Part shown: positions 60,901-64,000 of the stretch, one piece after another | Position numbering within the stretch: the stretch's first letter is position 1 | How the letters are laid out: every line of letters starts with the position of its first letter | Position numbers and translations under genes: made by a program | The notes under the pieces: model-generated | What the model was told of the DNA's origin: nothing | Seen by the model: the letters and a program-made list of their open reading frames with translations, nothing else | Databases searched by the model: none | Origin: Mobula hypostoma | Taxonomy: Eukaryota | Reading direction: 5' to 3' | NCBI RefSeq assembly: GCF_963921235.1 | Contig: NC_086097.1 | Span: 186,994,001 to 187,058,000, forward strand | DNA: 64,000 nt

Positions 60901-61288
60901 TAGAGATTTTGGCTGGGTTGTGAATTTTAAAGCTAAATTTCTCCAATAAATTGTGTTCTAACTTTTAGATATTTCAGCATTTTGTATTTTCAATATTTCA
61001 GCAATGTATACTGAATGTGCTTTGTGACATCCTGAGTTCACAAGGGAAAGAACTATATAAATGCTGTCAGTCTGCAATTTTTATTACAATAATTTATAAA
61101 CATGCAGAGAAAAACCTTATGTAGAGCACATTACCTGATTGAGGAGTTGGTCCAAAGATCCATTGCTCATGTATTCTGTCACAATGCCCATGAATTCGGG
61201 TTCATTGCAAATACCATAAATTTGGATTATGTGGGAAAATCTGGCTCTGTGCAAGACCTCTGCTTCCTTCAAAAGTGTGTTCCTTTCA
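6622..61288 (-). CDS. RIPK2: RIPK2 (receptor-interacting serine/threonine kinase 2), 5'-partial spliced CDS: join of 61288-61135, 60083-59928, 41331-41174, 20585-20536, 18477-18316, 14176-14091, 13374-13294, 11544-11355, 9859-9659, 6980-6622
   Basis: Ten exons join in one open frame (1597 nt). Kinase motifs [18 protein letters not shown] and MAPE are followed by a Ser/Pro-rich linker and a C-terminal CARD ([41 protein letters not shown]). Exon 1 is outside the window. Confidence 0.97.
7255..7762 (+). mobile_element. CR1 3' fragment, internally deleted
   Basis: [17 protein letters not shown]...; ends tgttctatgtt. Confidence 0.8.
8620..9458 (+). mobile_element. Degenerate CR1 3' fragment
   Basis: KAFSMLAF...LVRPYL; 3' end ggccaaagggcctgtatctgtgc. 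Confidence 0.75.
9462..9497. repeat. (CT)n/(CTCG)n microsatellite
   Basis: ctctctctcgctcgctctcgctctctctctctc. Confidence 0.85.
9659..9859 (-). CDS. RIPK2: RIPK2 exon 10 (201 bp), linker
   Basis: ttactgtatag|GT AAT...ACT A|gtaagt, phase 1/1; (S)[25 protein letters not shown]...ITLQPST. Confidence 0.82.
9922..10200 (+). mobile_element. Rex1/Babar-type LINE 3' fragment
   Basis: [16 protein letters not shown] C-terminal motif followed by a tail ending cctgattctaatt. Confidence 0.55.
11355..11544 (-). CDS. RIPK2: RIPK2 exon 9 (190 bp), Ser-rich linker
   Basis: gtactacag|GCA...ATA A|gtaagt, phase 0/1; [14 protein letters not shown]...DGADMHKNI; open and in frame with both neighbours. Confidence 0.82.
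11836..12003. repeat. Inverted pair of PLE terminal-repeat fragments (imperfect palindrome)
   Basis: caaatgctgtaggaacccagtaagtcagacag...ctgcctgacttgctgagttcttccagtattttg. Confidence 0.75.
12310..12690 (+). mobile_element. Non-autonomous retroposon carrying a ~45-bp Rex1 tail insert (about 12575-12620, minus strand)
   Basis: Begins aagatggtgc, ends attaaattggactatttgaacc; the insert atagtcatactttattgatcccgggggaaattggtttt matches 20910-20947. Confidence 0.65.
13294..13374 (-). CDS. RIPK2: RIPK2 exon 8 (81 bp), linker
   Basis: attgtag|GGG...CAG|gtaata, phase 0/0; [32 protein letters not shown] matches the mammalian exon 8 motif. Confidence 0.85.
14091..14176 (-). CDS. RIPK2: RIPK2 exon 7 (86 bp)
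   Basis: gtttacgcag|AG TGC...AAA|gtgagt; (K)[28 protein letters not shown]. Confidence 0.95.
14540..17132 (+). mobile_element. Degenerate CR1 ORF2 and 3' end, with an inverted CR1 tail (about 15560-15790) and a retroposon insert
   Basis: aatagtcagcatggctttgtg; gagtattgtgtgcagttctggtc; ends gggcctgtttctgtcctatagtactctatga. Confidence 0.8.
16098..16888 (+). mobile_element. Non-autonomous retroposon inserted in CR1
   Basis: Splits the CR1 sequence gtgaaag|gtgaaatattt; starts gatgatggc, ends attaaattgtacctttgaaacctttgaa. Confidence 0.7.
17750..17829. mobile_element. 80-bp hAT (Charlie-like) MITE
   Basis: Degenerate TIRs taagggctccaaaac / gttggaatccctg; 8-bp flanks atctaaaa / gtccaaaa. Confidence 0.55.
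18316..18477 (-). CDS. RIPK2: RIPK2 exon 6 (162 bp)
   Basis: cctttcgcag|AT...A|gtaagt; (D)[53 protein letters not shown](K). Confidence 0.96.
18825..18940 (+). mobile_element. 3' end of an old LINE whose tail is shared with the SINE at 59005-59310
   Basis: ggactgcaacagttcaagagggcagctcaccatcaccttaagggcaattggggatggacaattaaatgc. Confidence 0.55.
18975..19840 (-). mobile_element. RTE-clade LINE 3' fragment
   Basis: [11 protein letters not shown]...[25 protein letters not shown]. Confidence 0.8.
20105..20385 (-). mobile_element. Very old SINE, DeuSINE/SacSINE1-like
   Basis: Degenerate resemblance to the Deu core, by recognition only. Confidence 0.35.
20536..20585 (-). CDS. RIPK2: RIPK2 exon 5 (50 bp), GC donor
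   Basis: cctttatag|C TAT GCA...GAA G|gcaagt; (S)[16 protein letters not shown](D). Confidence 0.95.
20901..21485 (-). mobile_element. Young Rex1/Babar LINE 3' end
   Basis: [22 protein letters not shown]...LPVAIKLYN; tail GGGATCAATAAAGT(ATGACT)n. Confidence 0.88.
21491..23332 (+). mobile_element. 5'-truncated CR1 (RT to 3' end), split by a Rex1 tail
   Basis: ORFs 21513-22223 and 22392-23171: [35 protein letters not shown]; (TTCTATG)n tail. Confidence 0.93.
22218..22425 (-). mobile_element. Rex1/Babar 3' tail nested in CR1
   Basis: ggctcagggtgtctgaccctcc shared with 21056-21078; (CTAT)n tail; ggtgggt duplicated at 22211-22217 and 22426-22432. Confidence 0.85.
23975..24260 (-). mobile_element. 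CR1 3' end
   Basis: cctagtcccatcgatctgcacctggaccatag, as in the other CR1 tails. Confidence 0.75.
24440..24838 (+). mobile_element. Non-autonomous RTE-derived SINE
   Basis: 3' end accatgatcacctacgccatatgagatggcacacgatgat resembles the RTE LINE tail at 18975-19025. Confidence 0.6.
25012..25155. mobile_element. PLE terminal-repeat fragments in inverted arrangement
   Basis: cacaaaatgctggaggaactc...gacccttcatca, then gatttccagcttctgcag. Confidence 0.75.
25170..25385 (-). mobile_element. Old CR1 3' end
   Basis: aacatgatcacggctgatctg...; [17 protein letters not shown]. Confidence 0.6.
25400..25538 (+). mobile_element. PLE terminal repeat with a degenerate hammerhead motif
   Basis: ctcctgccgaacggtttcagcccaaaacgttgact...gctgagttcctccagcattttg. 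Confidence 0.75.
25550..27545 (+). mobile_element. Degenerate Rex1/Babar LINE (RT to 3' end)
   Basis: NDYRLVT...MKTFERLV...[34 protein letters not shown]. Confidence 0.85.
27620..27910 (-). mobile_element. tRNA-derived SINE, HE1-like
   Basis: Reverse complement of the gttaattggtcattgtaa core shared with 30134-30155; CR1-like tail. Confidence 0.65.
27928..28655 (-). mobile_element. PLE 3' fragment with tandem terminal repeats, interrupted by a Rex1 tail (about 28260-28372, plus strand)
   Basis: Terminal repeats at about 27930-28042 and 28535-28655; purine-rich [23 protein letters not shown] C-terminus. Confidence 0.75.
29450..30612 (+). mobile_element. CR1 3' fragment containing a SINE
   Basis: [12 protein letters not shown]...[17 protein letters not shown]. 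Confidence 0.88.
30000..30230 (+). mobile_element. tRNA-derived SINE, HE1-like, nested in CR1
   Basis: A-box-like ggtagcatagtg, B-box-like ggtacaactcc, core gggttaattggtcattgtaaattgtccc. Confidence 0.65.
30620..31232 (-). mobile_element. Degenerate CR1 RT fragment
   Basis: [21 protein letters not shown]. Confidence 0.75.
32290..33391 (-). mobile_element. PLE family 2 (RT C-terminal part + GIY-YIG endonuclease)
   Basis: [28 protein letters not shown]...KEAIEIKLE; (Y)[18 protein letters not shown]. Confidence 0.85.
33468..34832 (-). mobile_element. 5'-truncated CR1 nested in the older CR1
   Basis: ORF 34108-34830 with [26 protein letters not shown]. Confidence 0.9.
35648..36808 (-). mobile_element. 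PLE family 1: 3' part with an inverted 5' terminal repeat (about 36460-36808)
   Basis: GIY-YIG remnant; terminal repeats at both ends in opposite orientation; 12-bp TSD tctggattgggt (35636-35647, 36809-36820). Confidence 0.88.
38880..39105 (-). mobile_element. Short CR1 ORF2 fragment
   Basis: cccagcacattagcatgcccc...ggtaaacactga. Confidence 0.5.
39108..40880 (-). mobile_element. PLE family 1 (RT, linker, GIY-YIG, terminal repeat) with a nested CR1 tail (about 39622-39780)
   Basis: [11 protein letters not shown]...[21 protein letters not shown]...FLRYVNN; FKERGFP...VPLVLTYHP. Confidence 0.9.
41174..41331 (-). CDS. RIPK2: RIPK2 exon 4 (158 bp), activation segment
   Basis: ttgttaag|ATT...AG|gtaaat; [53 protein letters not shown]. 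Confidence 0.97.
41695..42320 (-). mobile_element. CR1 3' end
   Basis: [20 protein letters not shown]. Confidence 0.85.
42320..43452 (+). mobile_element. Degenerate CR1 ORF2 internal fragment
   Basis: FYRYIKSKK...; [15 protein letters not shown]. Confidence 0.85.
43948..44180 (+). repeat. 5' LTR (233 bp)
   Basis: tgtggtaaacc...ggtgcatca; about 14 substitutions and 2 indels versus the 3' LTR, counted by eye. Confidence 0.95.
48080..48311 (+). repeat. 3' LTR (232 bp)
   Basis: tgtgataaacc...ggtgcatca, preceded by the polypurine tract aaaaaaaggagggg. Confidence 0.95.
50075..52080 (+). mobile_element. Young 5'-truncated CR1
   Basis: 458-aa ORF 50120-51496 with the complete RT domain; (TTTCTATGG)n tail. 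Confidence 0.95.
52113..52247 (-). mobile_element. PLE terminal repeat with the best-preserved hammerhead motif
   Basis: Minus strand: ACTC CTGACGG A GGGTCTCGGCCT GAAA CG TC GACTG. Confidence 0.8.
52212..52247 (-). ncRNA. Minimal type I hammerhead-ribozyme-like motif (probably impaired)
   Basis: CUGAnG core, stem II GGGU/GCCU, GAAA, palindromic ACGU stem III, UC cleavage site; A9 position is G and stem I has one mismatch. Confidence 0.55.
53349..56720 (-). mobile_element. L1-clade LINE 3' end (ORF2 C-terminus, 3' UTR, A-rich tail), split by CR1
   Basis: [20 protein letters not shown]...[12 protein letters not shown] at about 56500-56690; AATAAA plus A-rich tail near 53350-53378; ccctatt duplicated at 53342-53348 and 56721-56727. 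Confidence 0.8.
53668..56408 (-). mobile_element. Young CR1 (partial APE, RT, 3' end), same subfamily as 50075-52080
   Basis: Collinear ORFs 55780-56175 ([11 protein letters not shown]), 54730-55773 and 53848-54696, separated by stops. Confidence 0.95.
57560..58440 (-). mobile_element. Degenerate CR1 3' fragment containing a PLE repeat (about 57975-58095)
   Basis: Decayed CR1 motifs; insert reads AGTC CTGATGA A GGATCTCAGTCC AAAA on the minus strand. Confidence 0.6.
59005..59310 (+). mobile_element. Old SINE
   Basis: ccatctggttcactaac core; tail caacaaatgctggtgttgccagcgatatttacatcccatgagtgaataaa. Confidence 0.6.
59928..60083 (-). CDS. RIPK2: RIPK2 exon 3 (156 bp), catalytic loop
   Basis: ctaatag|AAA...AAG|gtaaga; [52 protein letters not shown]. 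Confidence 0.97.
61135..61288 (-). CDS. RIPK2: RIPK2 exon 2 (154 bp)
   Basis: ttttttcccccaaaag|T GAA AGG...CAG|gtaatg; [51 protein letters not shown]. Confidence 0.96.
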
Positions 61289-61809
61289 CTTTTGGGGGGA
61301 AAAAAAAGAAAGAAAAACTAATAAAGCAACAATTCATTGCAGCAGGTTCTTTGTAACCAAAACGGCAACTATGAATGAAGGATTAAACTGCGATTTTGCA
61401 CTAATGTTTTACACATAACACAAAAAATATCTGCATTACAAATAGAGGTTATAATGAAATTCTTTTGTGTCACGATTGGAATTACTCTTTTAAAGCTTTA
61501 CTTAATATATCTTTTGTATAAACATTGATTAGAATGATTTGAAACAATGCCTGCTAATATAAAGTTATACACAAGAATGCAAGAAATTGTAATATGATGC
61601 TATTTGTCCTTTTTGAATCTGTTCTGCTATTCATCAAGGACATGGCTAATATTCTACCTCAGTCCATAGTCCTCTACTATCCCAGATTACTTTAATATCC
61701 AGAACTTTACCACTCTCTGGTTTGAAATGTCTGAGCCCCAAGAGTGCTACAAGGCGGAGAATTACAAATATTCACCATTGTCTGTAGCCACTTAAAAAAG
61801 TCCTACCCA

Positions 61810-63346
61810 GGACATGACAGATGCAGAACAGGAGGATACTGTGGAAGGAGCATCTACATCAATATACATGGACATCAGTTACAAGAACGGAGCAATCATT
61901 CTAACAGAAATATTCTATAGCCCCTCCAAAAGCAACAAGAACACCGAGAGCAGATAAATTGGCAGATTTTGGAAAGGTACAAAAGTAACAGGATTGTTGT
62001 CATGGGTGACTTTATCTTCCCTAATATTGTTTGCCATCTCCTTCGTGCAAAAAGCTCAGGTGGGGCAGAATTTGTTAAGCGTGTCCAGGAAGAATTGCTG
62101 GCACAGTATGTGGACAGGCCGACTAGAAGGAGATGCTGCACTGGATCAAGCACTAGCTAATGAATCTGGTTAGGTGATGAACCTCTCACTGAATGAGCAT
62201 TTCAGAGGCAGTAGCCATAACTCCCTGACCTTCAGCAGAGTCATGGAGAAAAGACAAAGTATTTATTTGGGGAAGGGCTAAGTATGAGGGCATTAGGCAG
62301 GAACATGGGAGCGTAAATTGAGAGATGTTCTCGGGGAAATGCAAAGCAGAAATATGGAGGTTGTTTAGGGAGCATTTGCATGAGGTTCTGGATAGGTATG
62401 TCACATGGAGACAGGGAAAAAATGGAAGGGTGAAAGAACCATGAGACAAGATAGGTGGAAATTTTAAGGTTTAGGAAGCAAAGATAAAACAAGGCTCTTG
62501 AGAGTTATAAGGTAGCCAGGAAGGAGCTTACTGAATATTTTGCTTCAGTGATCACCAGGGAGAGGAAGCTTGATGAATGGGAGGTCAGTGTAGAACAGAC
62601 TAACATGCAGGAACACGTTCAGGTAAAGAAAGATGCAGTGTTGGAGCTTTTGAAAAATATTAGGATAGTTAAGTCCATGAAGCTGGACTGAATACACCCT
62701 GCGTTACATGAAGCAAGGGAAGAGATTACTGGAAGTTAAAGATGATTTTTGTATCCTAACTGGTCACAGGAGTAGCAAAAGAGGATTGGAGGATGGCAGA
62801 TATTGCTCCTTTGTTCAAGAAGGGTAATAGGGACAGTTCTGGGAATTACACTTAGTGGTGGGCAAACTAATAGAGAGGAATCTTAGAGACAGGAATTATG
62901 AGCATTTAGAGAAGTATACACTCATCAGTGTTGATCAGAATGGCTTTGTAAGTGACAGGACATGCCTCACAACCCTGACTGACTTTTCTGAGAAAGTGAC
63001 AAAGCAAACTGATGAAGGCAGAGCAGTGGAAGTGGTCTATATGGATTTTTGTGAGTAGTTCAACAAGATTCGTCATTGAAGGCTCATGGAGAAAGTTATG
63101 AGGCTTAGGATCCATGGAAACTTGATACATGAATTGGGAATTAGTTAACCCACAGAGGGCAGAAGGTGGTAATAGATGGAGTGTATTCTGCCTGGAGGTT
63201 GGTGTCTTGTTCCATAAGGATCTGTTCTGGGACTCCTCTGCTTGTTGTTATTTTTATGAATGAATTGGATGAGGAAGTAGAAAGGTGGGCTAGTAAGTTT
63301 GCAGGTCACATGAAGTTTAGTGACGTAGCGGGTGGTGCAGAAGGTT
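61810..63346 (+). mobile_element. Degenerate CR1 ORF2 fragment
   Basis: IVVMGDFIFP; VEVVYMDF; WASKFAG. Confidence 0.85.
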
Positions 63347-63349
63347 AAA

Positions 63350-64000
63350 GTCAGAGGGTCATAGAGAAGTACAGCACAGAAACAGGCCCTTCCTCCCACC
63401 TAGACCATGCCAAAACCATTTAAACTGCCTACTCCCATCGACCTGCACCAGGACCATAGTCCCCCATATCCTTGCTACTTATGTACCTATCTAAACTTCC
63501 CTTAAACATTGAAATTGAGCTTGCATGCACCACTTGTGTTGGCAGCTCGTTCCACACTCTCATGAACCTCTGAGTGAAAGCATTTCCCCTCCTATTCCCC
63601 TTAAACTTCTCACCTTTCACCATAACCCATGACCTCTAGTTCTAGACCCACCCAACCTCAGTGGAAAAAGCCTGCTTGCATTTATGCTAACTGCACCCCT
63701 CATTATTTTGTATACCGCTATCAAATCTCCTCTCGATCTTCTACATTCTAAAGACTAAAGTCCTAATCTATTCAAGCATTCCTTATAAATCAGGTCCTCC
63801 AGACCTGGCAACATCCTTGCAATTTTTCTCTGCACTCTTTCAACCTTGTTTACATCTTTCCTGTAGGTAGGTGACCTAAGCTGCATACAATACTCCAAAT
63901 TAAGCCACACCAACGTCTCATACAACTTCAACATAACATTCCATCTCCTCTACTCAATACATTGATTTATGAAGGCCAATGTGCGAAAAGTTTTCTTTAC
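63350..64000 (-). mobile_element. CR1 3' end, runs off the window end
   Basis: VKGEKFKGNRRGNAFTQRFMRVWNELP. Confidence 0.9.

Noticed and set aside
63346..63350. Twin-priming inversion of a single CR1
   Set aside because: The minus-strand piece begins with its own 3' tail and looks less decayed, so a separate insertion is simpler; its far end is outside the window.
1..64000. Prokaryotic RT systems (retron, DGR, group II intron) or CRISPR arrays
   Set aside because: Every RT is of a eukaryotic LINE, PLE or Gypsy type; the host gene is spliceosomal; there is no regular repeat-spacer array.

Overview
Vertebrate genomic DNA; the repeat families point to a cartilaginous fish, probably a ray (inference). 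The window holds exons 2-11 of RIPK2 on the minus strand (61288 down to the stop at 6622). All ten exons are phase-consistent, intron 5 has a GC-AG boundary, and exon 1 lies beyond position 64000. The introns and 3' flank are packed with retroelements: many CR1 LINE copies (one near full length with three nested inserts), Rex1/Babar, RTE and L1 fragments, SINEs, two families of Penelope-like elements (PLEs) whose terminal repeats carry degenerate minimal hammerhead-ribozyme motifs, and two Gypsy LTR elements. The most unusual object is the complete 4.4-kb Gypsy element at 43948-48311. It has no tRNA primer-binding site; instead the segment after its 5' LTR is complementary to the LTR itself (candidate self-priming). 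It is flanked by a 25-bp duplication rather than a 4-6 bp TSD, and its RT motif reads YLDN. Exon, LTR and TSD coordinates were read base by base; other repeat boundaries are approximate. Family names come from motif recognition, not database searches.
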